From positions 1-51,094 of IMG/VR virus record IMGVR_UViG_3300027651_000002: a stretch of DNA of 51,094 nt; one strand, written 5' to 3'. The translations under genes were made by a program, and so were the position numbers. Shown here piece by piece: positions 6,927 through 15,109 of the stretch. Source of the DNA: a virus. Numbering within the stretch: position 1 is the stretch's first letter; every line of letters starts with the position of its first letter. The notes under the pieces are model-generated. The model was not told where the DNA came from. It did not search any database and saw nothing but the letters and a program-made list of their open reading frames with translations.

Positions 6927-7915
6927 CGCTGACCAAGGAGCAGATCGAACTGCGGCGTATGCGCATCGGGGCGTCGGAGATCGGCGCCGTGCTCGGCATC
7001 GACAAGTACCGCACGCCGCTGCAACTCTGGATGGACAAGAAGGGGATGGCGCGCGAGCACAACGGCGCGCATCTCGGCTGGGGACACGACGTCGAGGGCG
7101 CCATCCTGCGCAACTACGCGCGGCGCAACGGCTACGAACTGCTCCCCTCGCCGGGCACCATGGCGCACCCGACGCTGCCGCATCTGTGCGCCACGCCCGA
7201 CGGACTGGCGGTGCGGAACGGCGTCGTGCGCGACGTGCAAGCGAAAAACGTGGAAGAGCACCACGTGCGCGAGTGGGGCGAGCCTGGCACCTCGGACGCG
7301 CCTCTCTTCTACGTCGCCCAGGTCACGGTGGAGCTCGGGATCCTGCGCGGCCAGATGCATGACCTCGATGACGGCGGCGACATCGCCGTGAGCTTCGGCG
7401 GTCGGCCGCCGGTCGGCTACCCGATCCCATTCAACGTGGAACTCTTCGGCAATCTATCTGAGGCGGCGTCGAAGTTCGTCCGCGACTACCTGGAGACCAA
7501 CAAGCCGCCCCCACTGGAAGGCGACCGCGCGGCGTTGGAGTACGTCAAGCGGCGGTTTGCGAAGTCGACCGGCGAGCTGCTCGAGCCGACGAGCGAGGCG
7601 CAGCATCTCGTCGCGCGGCTGCGGCTGCTCAAGGAAGACGCCGCCGAACACGAGAAGGAGATCGAGGAGGCACAGGCGCAACTCTGTGCGCTGATCGGTG
7701 ACGCGCTTGGGTTCGATGGGCTCTGCACATGGTCGGTGGTGAAGGAGCAGCGCAAGGCGTTCACCGACTGGCCGATGGTCGCCCAGCACCTCGCCGTCAA
7801 GGCCGGCGTGTCCCAGGAGCAGGTCAAGCAACTCGTCGCGGACCTTACCCGCGAGGAAGTGGTCAAGGAGTCCTACCGCCGGCTCAGTCTGGCGAAAGAG
7901 AGGAAAAGCAAATGA
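6923..7915 (+). CDS. YqaJ-like recombination exonuclease (PD-(D/E)XK)
   Basis: The N-terminal RIGASEIGAVLGIDKYRTPLQLW is typical of YqaJ. GTG at 6923 with GAGGAGG upstream. Confidence 0.8.
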   Translation: MTLTKEQIELRRMRIGASEIGAVLGIDKYRTPLQLWMDKKGMAREHNGAHLGWGHDVEGAILRNYARRNGYELLPSPGTMAHPTLPHLCATPDGLAVRNGVVRDVQAKNVEEHHVREWGEPGTSDAPLFYVAQVTVELGILRGQMHDLDDGGDIAVSFGGRPPVGYPIPFNVELFGNLSEAASKFVRDYLETNKPPPLEGDRAALEYVKRRFAKSTGELLEPTSEAQHLVARLRLLKEDAAEHEKEIEEAQAQLCALIGDALGFDGLCTWSVVKEQRKAFTDWPMVAQHLAVKAGVSQEQVKQLVADLTREEVVKESYRRLSLAKERKSK

Positions 7916-8799
7916 GCGAACAACAGACGCAGGCGATGACTGTGGCAGTGATGGACGACGACGAATCGCTGCCGGTACCAGCGGGCGGCGTGGGGATGAC
8001 TGGCCTCGCGCGCGCGGAAGTCGACGTGCAGATCGAGACCGCGAAGAGGTACCCGCGCAGCCTGAAGGCCTCGCTGAACTACGCGATGGAGCTGGCCACG
8101 CTCGACGTCGAGACGGCGGAGATGTGCTTCTACTCGTTCAAGCGAGCAGGGAAGGACATCGAAGGCCCGAGCGTGCGGCTCGCGGAGATCATCGCGACCG
8201 CTTGGGGGAACCTGCGCTACGGCGCGGAGATCCTCGGCGCCGACGACACGTTCGTCCGGGCCCGCGGCTACTGCTTCGACCTGCAGACGAACACGGCGTA
8301 CGCCGGCGAGGTCGAGCGGCGGATCACTGACTCGAAGGGCCGCCGCTACAGCGACGACATGGTGGGGGTGACCGGCATGGCCGCTTCCGCCATCGCCAGC
8401 CGCAACGCGGTCTTCAAGATCGTGCCGCGCGTCTACGTGAACCGGATCTACGAGAAGGCGAAGCTCACCGCGCGCGGGACCGAGAAGACGCTCGCCAGCC
8501 GGCGGGTGACGGTGCTGGAGAAATACGCGAAGCGCGGGGTGAGCGCGGAACAGGTCTTTGCCAAGTACGGGATCCGCGCCATCGAAGAGTTGACCCTCGA
8601 CCACGTCGAGCAGCTCGTCGGCTTGGCGACGGCGATCCACGAGGGGCGGACCACGATCGACAAGGAATTCCCGCCGATCGCCTCAGCGCCAGCACAGACC
8701 GACGCCGCTGCGCCGACGCCGCAGAAGAGCGCGATCGATCAGCTCAACGACGTTGCGCGGAAGGCCGCGGGGAAGAGCGAGCCCGAAGCGAAGAAGTGA
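7912..8799 (+). CDS. single-strand annealing protein (RecT-like superfamily)
   Basis: Immediately follows YqaJ with an ATGA overlap. Contains GPSVRLAEII and AASAIASRNAVFKIVP, a RecT-like C-terminal pattern. Confidence 0.55.
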   Translation: MSEQQTQAMTVAVMDDDESLPVPAGGVGMTGLARAEVDVQIETAKRYPRSLKASLNYAMELATLDVETAEMCFYSFKRAGKDIEGPSVRLAEIIATAWGNLRYGAEILGADDTFVRARGYCFDLQTNTAYAGEVERRITDSKGRRYSDDMVGVTGMAASAIASRNAVFKIVPRVYVNRIYEKAKLTARGTEKTLASRRVTVLEKYAKRGVSAEQVFAKYGIRAIEELTLDHVEQLVGLATAIHEGRTTIDKEFPPIASAPAQTDAAAPTPQKSAIDQLNDVARKAAGKSEPEAKK

Positions 8800-8901
8800 C
8801 CAACCTGGCCGCCGACCCGCTGGAGGCTCCGGACACGATGCGACCGCGCATGGGGCGCGGCGCGTAAACGCGAAGGCGGCGGCCACTTACTTGCTGAGGA
8901 G

Positions 8902-9192
8902 ATGACGATGGCAGTGAAGCGAGCAACGTTGGAGATCGAGAGCACCGGCCAGGTGGCGCATTTTGAGACTGACCCCATCGCCGCCGACGGACAGCCGTGG
9001 AACGTGCCGGCCCTGGTCGTCGAGGTGGTCGACTTCACCGAGGCGCTCGAGGTGGTCGAGACGCTGAACCGGAGCCGGGCGCAGAAGAAGCGGGAGCGGA
9101 AGCCGGCCGAGGCCCCTGAGAAGGACGCCAACCCGATCACCGTGAAGGCCGACGCGACCGAGGTGGCGCGGCTCAACGCGAAGGGCACCTGA
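8902..9192 (+). CDS. hypothetical protein (96 aa)
   Basis: ORF track. GAGGAG upstream. Confidence 0.55.
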   Translation: MTMAVKRATLEIESTGQVAHFETDPIAADGQPWNVPALVVEVVDFTEALEVVETLNRSRAQKKRERKPAEAPEKDANPITVKADATEVARLNAKGT

Positions 9193-9482
9193 TGGGCAGC
9201 TACTACGACCGGCAGGGGCGCCCGATGGAGATGATGGAGTGGGCGCGTGCTTTCGAGAAGGACGACCGCGTCATCGGCGCGACGCAGGTCGGCGAAGCGA
9301 AAGTCTCCACGGTCTGGCTCGGCCTCGACCACAGCTGGCACGGCGGTCCGCCGCTCATCTTCGAGACGATGATCTTCGACGGTCCGCACGACGGATACCA
9401 GGCCCGCTACAGCACCGAGGAGCAGGCGAAGGCCGGACACGCTCGCGTCGTCGCGGCACTCGAAAGAGGCGAGGAACCGTGA
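9192..9482 (+). CDS. hypothetical protein (96 aa)
   Basis: ORF track. Contains the motif STVWLGLDH...PLIFETMIF. Confidence 0.6.
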   Translation: MGSYYDRQGRPMEMMEWARAFEKDDRVIGATQVGEAKVSTVWLGLDHSWHGGPPLIFETMIFDGPHDGYQARYSTEEQAKAGHARVVAALERGEEP

Positions 9483-9600
9483 GGAATCCATGCGGCCGTT
9501 CATTGGGAGCGTGTCCGTGTGGGCTGCGGTGCCGGAGCACGCCTGCTGATCAGGACAGGGCTCCGGCGCCGCAGCGAGTCTGGAGGAAGGATGGTGAAGG

Positions 9601-9750
9601 ATGATCCGCGCCACGTTCTGTTGCGTCTGCGGCCTCCGGCATCTCGCTGGCAACTGCGCGGCGTTCGACCACCTCGGGCGCTGCTACACGGATCTGCGGA
9701 ACGAGATGGACGCGCTCAAGAAGGGGCTGCGGAAGAAGAGGAAGCGATGA
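9601..9750 (+). CDS. small Cys-rich basic protein (49 aa)
   Basis: GC3 is very high in this frame and much lower in the frame that would extend ORF 9519. The stop overlaps the next ATG. Confidence 0.45.
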   Translation: MIRATFCCVCGLRHLAGNCAAFDHLGRCYTDLRNEMDALKKGLRKKRKR

Positions 9751-10745
9751 GCGGGTTTCTCGATCCGAAGCGCTACCCGCACGGGACGCGGGCTCGCTAC
9801 GTGGCGGCGAAGTGCCGCTGCGCACTCTGCAAGTGCGCGAACACGGCCTACTACCATGAGCGTCGCAGGCGCGCGCTTGCGGCTGCGGCCGAAGTCCAGC
9901 CGAGCCGCCGCAAGACCTGCCAGTGGACCTTCTTCATGCGCAGTCGGCCGGATGGCAGCGCGTACTCCGTAACCGCCGCGATGTGCCCTGGCGTCGGCGG
10001 CCGTCCCTGTGTCCAGGGCGGCGTGTGGCTCAGGAACTACAAGCGCGTCTGCGCCCTGTGCGTGGAGCGGGCAACGGTGTGGAACGGTCTCGTCTCGGCT
10101 CGCCGCGCACGGAAGCACGTTCTCGCTCTGCGAGCGAAGGGCATCGGCCGGGACGCGATAGCAGCGGCCTGCGACGTGGCGGTCACGGTGATCGCCGACG
10201 TCGCGTCGGGTGCGAAGAAGAGGATCCGGGCGCAGACCGAGAAGCGGCTCCTCTCCGTCGACGAGGGGGCCCGGGCGGACGGCGCGAAAGTGCCGGCGGC
10301 GAGGACGTACGAGCTGCTCGGGGACCTGTTCGCGCGCGGGTTCACTGCCCGGTGGGTCTCGCGCGAGCTGGGCTATGTCGGATCGTACAGGCATCCGCTG
10401 CAATGCCGGCGGCGCGGGTTCGTCACCGCGCGCAACGCGGCCGACGTCGAGAAGCTGCACCGTCGCGTCCTCGAGCAGGGCATCGAGCCGCAGCGCGACC
10501 GGATCGACGCCACGCCGACGCACAAGAGGATCGATCGGCTTCTGCGTGAGGGCTTCAGCCTCAAACGGCTGTCGCGGGAGATCGGCGTCTTCCTCCGCCC
10601 TGTGTCGAACCGACGGGGTCTCGTCCGCCGCTCGACCGCCGCAAAGGTCGAGCAGTTCTACCGCGAGGTCTTCGACGAAGGCGCGCGCGTGGCGCGTTAT
10701 GAGCCGCTCGACATCGCCGACTTCGCCACCGCGAGGTCGGCATGA
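9747..10745 (+). CDS. multi-HTH DNA-binding protein (332 aa)
   Basis: N-terminal HGTRARYVAAKCRCALCKCAN motif, then repeated GxxxxxIAxxxxVxxxxI-type helices. Confidence 0.55.
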   Translation: MSGFLDPKRYPHGTRARYVAAKCRCALCKCANTAYYHERRRRALAAAAEVQPSRRKTCQWTFFMRSRPDGSAYSVTAAMCPGVGGRPCVQGGVWLRNYKRVCALCVERATVWNGLVSARRARKHVLALRAKGIGRDAIAAACDVAVTVIADVASGAKKRIRAQTEKRLLSVDEGARADGAKVPAARTYELLGDLFARGFTARWVSRELGYVGSYRHPLQCRRRGFVTARNAADVEKLHRRVLEQGIEPQRDRIDATPTHKRIDRLLREGFSLKRLSREIGVFLRPVSNRRGLVRRSTAAKVEQFYREVFDEGARVARYEPLDIADFATARSA

Positions 10746-11020
10746 GCGAGAGCAAGTCGCTGAAGTGCAGCACCTGCGGCATCTCGCCGACGCCGTTCCT
10801 CGAGGCGAAGGCCGGAGGCACGCACTACCGGATCGTGGAGCACGGCGTCGGGATTCCGGGCCGGAAGCCGACCAGGAACGCGCGCAAGTGCGGGACGTGG
10901 CAGTACGTCACGCCGCCGGCGCAGGGGATGTATCCGCCCGGCTGGCCGAAGTGCGCGTGCGGTGACTACGCCCTCGACGGCAAGGCGACCTGCGGGCGCG
11001 TGGAGTGCCTCCGTGGCTGA
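10742..11020 (+). CDS. hypothetical Cys-rich protein (92 aa)
   Basis: ORF track. ATGA coupling. Confidence 0.55.
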   Translation: MSESKSLKCSTCGISPTPFLEAKAGGTHYRIVEHGVGIPGRKPTRNARKCGTWQYVTPPAQGMYPPGWPKCACGDYALDGKATCGRVECLRG

Positions 11021-11225
11021 GCTCACCCTCCCCCAGCTCCGGACGCTCTACGCGGCGGCCGCCCTGGTCCTGCGACTCGACACGATGAAGTCCGGCGACA
11101 AGCTGGACGCGCGAGGCAACATGCGCGCGATCGCAGGCCGGCAGTGGCGGCGCAGTCTCGGGCGCGCCTTCGCCGAGGTGAGCCGCGAACTGGCGAAGGC
11201 GGTGCACCTGAAAAGGAGGAAGTGA
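11013..11225 (+). CDS. hypothetical protein (70 aa)
   Basis: GTG at 11013, in frame with ORF 10962. Confidence 0.45.
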   Translation: MAELTLPQLRTLYAAAALVLRLDTMKSGDKLDARGNMRAIAGRQWRRSLGRAFAEVSRELAKAVHLKRRK

Positions 11226-11830
11226 TGCCGACGGGCTACACGTCGCAACTGCACGACAAAGGGCAATCGTTCGCGGAGTTCGTCTGGACGTGCGCGCGAG
11301 CATTCGGCGCATTGATCCACATGCGCGACGAGGCGCTCAACGCGCCGTTGAAACTAAACGAGGAGGGCGACCGGAACTACGGCGCCGAGACACTGAAGGA
11401 AGAACAGGTCGAGCTGGAGCGCCTGCGCAAGTTGTCGCGGGCCGACTGCGACCGCGAAGCGGCGGCGGAGTACTCGAAGGCGATTGACCAGCACATGAAG
11501 TACGAAGCCGAGAAGGACGCCGTGCGCAAGCGCTACGCGACAATGCTGGAACAGGTTCGGAAATGGGAGCCGCCGACATCTGAGCACCAAGGGCTGAAGA
11601 CGTTCATGCTGCAGCAGCTCGACGAGGCGTTGAGATGGGACTGCCGCCCGTCCGAGCCGCCGAAGAAGATCGACGGCTACACCTGGGTGCAGCAGAAGCT
11701 CGAGCACCTGGTGCGCGTGATCTCGGTGTCGGCCGAGTCCGCGGGTAAGCAAGAGAGCGCGCGCCGAAGCCGCCGCGAATGGATCGACGCACTCGTCCGC
11801 AGCGTGCCGCCGCCGAAGGGAGCGAAGTGA
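11225..11830 (+). CDS. hypothetical protein (201 aa)
   Basis: ATG at 11225 with AAGGAGGAAG upstream. Confidence 0.65.
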   Translation: MPTGYTSQLHDKGQSFAEFVWTCARAFGALIHMRDEALNAPLKLNEEGDRNYGAETLKEEQVELERLRKLSRADCDREAAAEYSKAIDQHMKYEAEKDAVRKRYATMLEQVRKWEPPTSEHQGLKTFMLQQLDEALRWDCRPSEPPKKIDGYTWVQQKLEHLVRVISVSAESAGKQESARRSRREWIDALVRSVPPPKGAK

Positions 11831-12300
11831 TGGCCCGCTACGCTGCAGGCACGTCCGTCCCCGTCGATCGCTCACGGGTCGAGGTCGAGCGCGTTCTGGT
11901 CCGCTATGGCGCCTCCGGGTTCGGCTACTCCTGGGAGCGGCGCGAGGTCGCGGTCAACCCGATCCCAGCGTACGGCAAGAAGACCGAGATCCGCGAGTTC
12001 GTGATGATCGGGTTCAAGTTCAAGGACCGCTCTATTCGTCTCGACGTGCCGATGCCGACCGAGCGCGAGGCAGGATCACAGTCGCGGATGGAGGCCTCTA
12101 CGCGCCAGCGCTGGCGTGCGCTCCTGCTCGTGATCAAGGCGAAGCTGGAAGCGGTGGAGAGCGGCATCAGTACGCTCGAGCACGAATTCCTCGCCAACAT
12201 CGTGACCGAGAGCGGGCGCACTATCGGCGAGATCGTCGTGCCGCGAATCACTGAGGCGACTGCGGCGGGGCGCCTGCTGCCGGCGAAGGGGGACACGTGA
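11830..12300 (+). CDS. conserved phage protein of unknown function (156 aa)
   Basis: ATG overlaps the previous stop. The RQRWRALLLVIKAKLEAVESGISTLEHEFLANIV pattern is seen in many prophages (from memory). Confidence 0.65.
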   Translation: MARYAAGTSVPVDRSRVEVERVLVRYGASGFGYSWERREVAVNPIPAYGKKTEIREFVMIGFKFKDRSIRLDVPMPTEREAGSQSRMEASTRQRWRALLLVIKAKLEAVESGISTLEHEFLANIVTESGRTIGEIVVPRITEATAAGRLLPAKGDT

Positions 12301-12331
12301 GCAGGCGCGCGCCCGAGAAGGGAGAGGCGAA

Positions 12332-12445
12332 GTGACCGGAGACCTGCCGAAGTTTGTGGCGTGGAGCGTGACGTTGCCCACCTATGGAACCTTGACGCCG
12401 GGATGGCGTTGGACATGGCCATGGTGCTGCGGAGAGGCGAAGTGA
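12332..12445 (+). CDS. possible Trp-rich micro-protein (37 aa) bracketed by identical 16-nt junctions
   Basis: The GTG lies in junction copy 1 and the TGA in junction copy 2. GC3 is about equal to the competing frame starting at 12361. Confidence 0.3.
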   Translation: MTGDLPKFVAWSVTLPTYGTLTPGWRWTWPWCCGEAK

Positions 12446-12753
12446 CGGAGCCCAAGACGCCGGAAGAGATCGCACTTCATGCTTGTGCGCGCGCCTGGGT
12501 TCCAGAGACTCCCGACGCGGTGAGGATGGAGACCGTGTCTCGCGTCGCCGCCGCCCTGCGCGAGTACGGAGCGCGCATCGAGGCGGAGCGAGATGAACTG
12601 CTGCTGTCTTGCAAAGCCCTCCGGGAGGACAAGGCGGAATGGCTGGCGGCCTATAACCAAGCCCAAGGAGACGCCAACGTCGCCGAGGCGGAGCGAGATA
12701 CGTGGAAGGCCCGCGCTCTCGCGGCGGAACGTCAGGGTGTGGGGTTGCCGTGA
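12442..12753 (+). CDS. hypothetical coiled-coil protein (103 aa; alternative start at 12361)
   Basis: GTG with GGAGAGG upstream. Same frame as ORF 12361-12753. Confidence 0.6.
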   Translation: MTEPKTPEEIALHACARAWVPETPDAVRMETVSRVAAALREYGARIEAERDELLLSCKALREDKAEWLAAYNQAQGDANVAEAERDTWKARALAAERQGVGLP

Positions 12754-13157
12754 AGACATGTGCCAAGTGCGGGGTTGCAAAAGACAGGACTGCATTCGCT
12801 CGGGACGTTCGCCGAGCCGATGGGTTGCGTGGGTCATGCAGGGAATGCAGCAAGCCATCAAAGGAGCAGCGCGCCGCATGGGTTGCCGCATATCGGGCCG
12901 CTCATCCCGACGCCCACGCCGAGTCCATGCGCAAATACAGGGTCGCCCATCCTGAGATCCGCCGTTCGCCGACAAGGAAAGAACATCATGCAGTCGAGAA
13001 CGCCATCAGGCGAGGCAGGCTGATGCGGCCTGCCGCGTGCGAGAGGTGCGGGATTACGTGCACGACTCATGGCCACCATCCCGACTATTCCAAGCCGCTG
13101 GAAGTGGTCTGGGTCTGCCGTAAATGCCACGCCAAGGAGCACCGCGATGCCGTGTGA
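12750..13157 (+). CDS. HNH endonuclease
   Basis: CAKCG...CRECSK Zn motif, then HGHHPDYSKPLEVVWVCRKCHAKEH. Confidence 0.75.
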   Translation: MKTCAKCGVAKDRTAFARDVRRADGLRGSCRECSKPSKEQRAAWVAAYRAAHPDAHAESMRKYRVAHPEIRRSPTRKEHHAVENAIRRGRLMRPAACERCGITCTTHGHHPDYSKPLEVVWVCRKCHAKEHRDAV

Positions 13158-13482
13158 GGATTGCGCCAGAATCGCCAACGAACGAGATGAGGCGCGGAAG
13201 CTGTACGGCGAACAGTGGCTCGAACGGGAGGCCGCCGAGGCTCGCGTGGCCGAGCTGGAGAAGCTGCTTTCCGAGGATGAGGGGGAATTGGACTCCATCC
13301 TGAATCTGGCGGAGCGCGAATGGCGCAGCAGTTACGGCATGGAACATTCACCGCGCTGCCCGGTTAGTGTCGCCGAAGGCGCGCGCGGGTGTGATTGCCA
13401 TGTCGGCGCCCTGCTTGCTCTGCGCGACCGACGGCAGATCCGGAAGGCCGCTCTCGCCGGTTCGCAGCAGGAGGGGGAATGA
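13147..13482 (+). CDS. Cys-motif protein, paralog unit 1 (111 aa)
   Basis: ATG at 13147. Shares exact 27-nt and 25-nt repeats with the next gene. Confidence 0.55.
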   Translation: MPCEDCARIANERDEARKLYGEQWLEREAAEARVAELEKLLSEDEGELDSILNLAEREWRSSYGMEHSPRCPVSVAEGARGCDCHVGALLALRDRRQIRKAALAGSQQEGE

Positions 13483-13952
13483 CCACGCAGAGAAACGGAT
13501 TGGCCGACTGCGGCACGCATAGCGCAAGCGAACGGCGTGATCCCCGCTGTCCGCTCTGTCGGGCCAGCGCCGCCGAGGCTCGCGTGGCCGAGCTGCTCGA
13601 CTTGCTCTGCGATCTGCTGGATTACCGCCGCCACCGCTCCGACTGCGCGGAGGATGCGACGGACTTCTGTACATGCGGCATGAAGCAAGTGGCTGATCGC
13701 GCCCGCGCCGCTCTCGCCGGTTCGCAGCAGGCGCCAGCCGCGACGCCGGAGACGGAGCGCCACTGCATTCATGGCTACCCGGAGAGCGCCGACGAAACGG
13801 TGCTCGGATGTATCCAACGGCACGGCTCCGCCGGTTCGCAGCAGGAGGCGCCGAAGCAGGCGCAGGAGGGCGAGCCTGTCCCGCTGGTCAACATGGGCGA
13901 AGGGGACATCGAACCGCATTCACCAGCATCCGCGCAGGAGGGCGAGAAGTGA
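13479..13952 (+). CDS. Cys-motif protein, paralog units 2-3 (157 aa)
   Basis: ATGA coupling. Contains the AEARVAEL and AGSQQ repeats. Confidence 0.55.
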   Translation: MTTQRNGLADCGTHSASERRDPRCPLCRASAAEARVAELLDLLCDLLDYRRHRSDCAEDATDFCTCGMKQVADRARAALAGSQQAPAATPETERHCIHGYPESADETVLGCIQRHGSAGSQQEAPKQAQEGEPVPLVNMGEGDIEPHSPASAQEGEK

Positions 13953-14233
13953 CGCCGGAAGAGCGCGTTGCGCTGATCCTGAAATGCTTTGGTCCACGCT
14001 TCTGCCCGCCCGGCGGCAAGCACGATTATGAATGCTATGCCGGCGACGCTGATCTTTCGCGACGCGCGCTGGAGCAAGTCACGGCCGCTGAAGCCCAAGG
14101 GCGAAGGGCGGGGCTGGAGGAGGCGGCACAAGAGGCTGAAACCCAGCGTCCGGAATTCGCGACCCGATATCAGATCGCCGCCGGCATCCGCGCCCTGGCG
14201 CAGCCCCCGGCCGAGGAAGGAGACGCGAAGTGA
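13949..14233 (+). CDS. hypothetical protein (94 aa)
   Basis: GTGA coupling. Confidence 0.5.
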   Translation: MTPEERVALILKCFGPRFCPPGGKHDYECYAGDADLSRRALEQVTAAEAQGRRAGLEEAAQEAETQRPEFATRYQIAAGIRALAQPPAEEGDAK

Positions 14234-14418
14234 GCGGGATCGATGACCAATGGTGGTGCTGGCAATGCCACGGGCTCGGCCAGTGGGAAGACGGCTACGA
14301 CCCGTACGACGTGGAGTGCCCCTGCTGCGGTGGGGACGGCTGGCACGACGGCGAGGTAGCGCCGGAGTGCCATCCTGCGGCGGAGCGGAACCCCCCCACC
14401 CCGGAGCCAGCGCGTTGA
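14230..14418 (+). CDS. DnaJ-type zinc-finger-like small protein (62 aa)
   Basis: Contains CWQCHGLG and CPCCGGDG (CxxCxGxG pairs). Confidence 0.5.
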   Translation: MSGIDDQWWCWQCHGLGQWEDGYDPYDVECPCCGGDGWHDGEVAPECHPAAERNPPTPEPAR

Positions 14419-14648
14419 GCCCGCTAGCAAAAGAGGACATCTGCGGTGTGCTGTCCGTACTCAACGATCCTCAGCCGCACTGCGATCACGCCCTGCTCGG
14501 CTGGGGTTCACTGAACATCGGGCCGTCCGGGTCCAAGTCAAAGCAGGAATACGTCTGTTGCTGGTGCGCGCGACCTAAGACCGTCGAGATCAACTATGAG
14601 CCTCCTGCTCACCCCATCAGGCATGGGCCATACGAGCCAGCGCGTTGA
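14415..14648 (+). CDS. hypothetical protein (77 aa) bracketed by identical 16-nt junctions
   Basis: The TTG lies in junction copy 1 and the TGA in copy 2. Confidence 0.45.
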   Translation: MSPLAKEDICGVLSVLNDPQPHCDHALLGWGSLNIGPSGSKSKQEYVCCWCARPKTVEINYEPPAHPIRHGPYEPAR

Positions 14649-15109
14649 GAGGGGCGGCGGCCAGCGCGCGCCAGCATCCGCCCGGCACCTGCCGCGCTCG
14701 AGGCGCCGAGGGCCTGTGCCGCACGTGCTCGGCGGCGTTCCTCGGCGGTAGCACAAGCTGGTTCGATGACGGCCCCCGCAAGGACGGCCTGCCGTTCGTG
14801 CGCCATGGCGGCAAGCTGACCTGGTTGATCGACGACCTGAGAGCGTGGCAGCGTGCCCACCGGGAGACACCGCCATCCCCCGCCAGCCATCAGGACCGCG
14901 CCCCTGGTTCCGACAAGACAGCCCCTTCATCTGGGCACGGACCACCATCGCGAGGCGCCCCTGGTACGCCCCCACGAAGATCCTCCAACGCGGCGGCGAT
15001 CGAGAAGCGTTTAACCGAGAAGCTGCAGCGCTGTATCTCGAGGAATGCCGCCGCCGTGGAGTCGGGCGCGGAGGTGCTCCCCTTCCCCGGCAAGTCGTCA
15101 GCACCCTGA
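14645..15109 (+). CDS. excisionase/AlpA-like HTH ORF; its last 265 nt overlap int in another frame
   Basis: AAFLGGSTSWFDDGPRKDGLPFVRHGGKLTWLIDDLRAW matches the excisionase-type HTH pattern. There is no in-frame stop before 15107-15109. Confidence 0.5.
   Translation: MRGAAASARQHPPGTCRARGAEGLCRTCSAAFLGGSTSWFDDGPRKDGLPFVRHGGKLTWLIDDLRAWQRAHRETPPSPASHQDRAPGSDKTAPSSGHGPPSRGAPGTPPRRSSNAAAIEKRLTEKLQRCISRNAAAVESGAEVLPFPGKSSAP

Noticed and set aside
4631-7360. 909-aa minus-strand ORF, the longest in the window
   Set aside because: It lies antisense to about ten tightly coupled plus-strand genes that have recognisable domains (NDT-like protein, YqaJ). The translation is Arg/Ala/Gly/Pro/Ser-rich low-complexity text. 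Stop-free antisense frames are expected in high-GC DNA.
8800-8901. Two short GC hairpins (CCGCGC...GCGCGG and CGCG-TAAA-CGCG) as a terminator
   Set aside because: No T tract follows, and the operon clearly continues. The evidence is too weak to call.
9519-10745. 408-aa ORF fusing the upstream region to the HTH protein
   Set aside because: In 9591-9746 the third-position G/C content of this frame is clearly lower than that of the overlapping 49-aa frame. The ATG at 9747 overlaps that ORF's stop in the usual coupled manner.
12297-14650. CRISPR-like or other repeat-spacer array
   Set aside because: The repeats are few (2-3 copies) and of different sequences. They lie within or at the boundaries of coding frames. 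There is no regular repeat-spacer periodicity.
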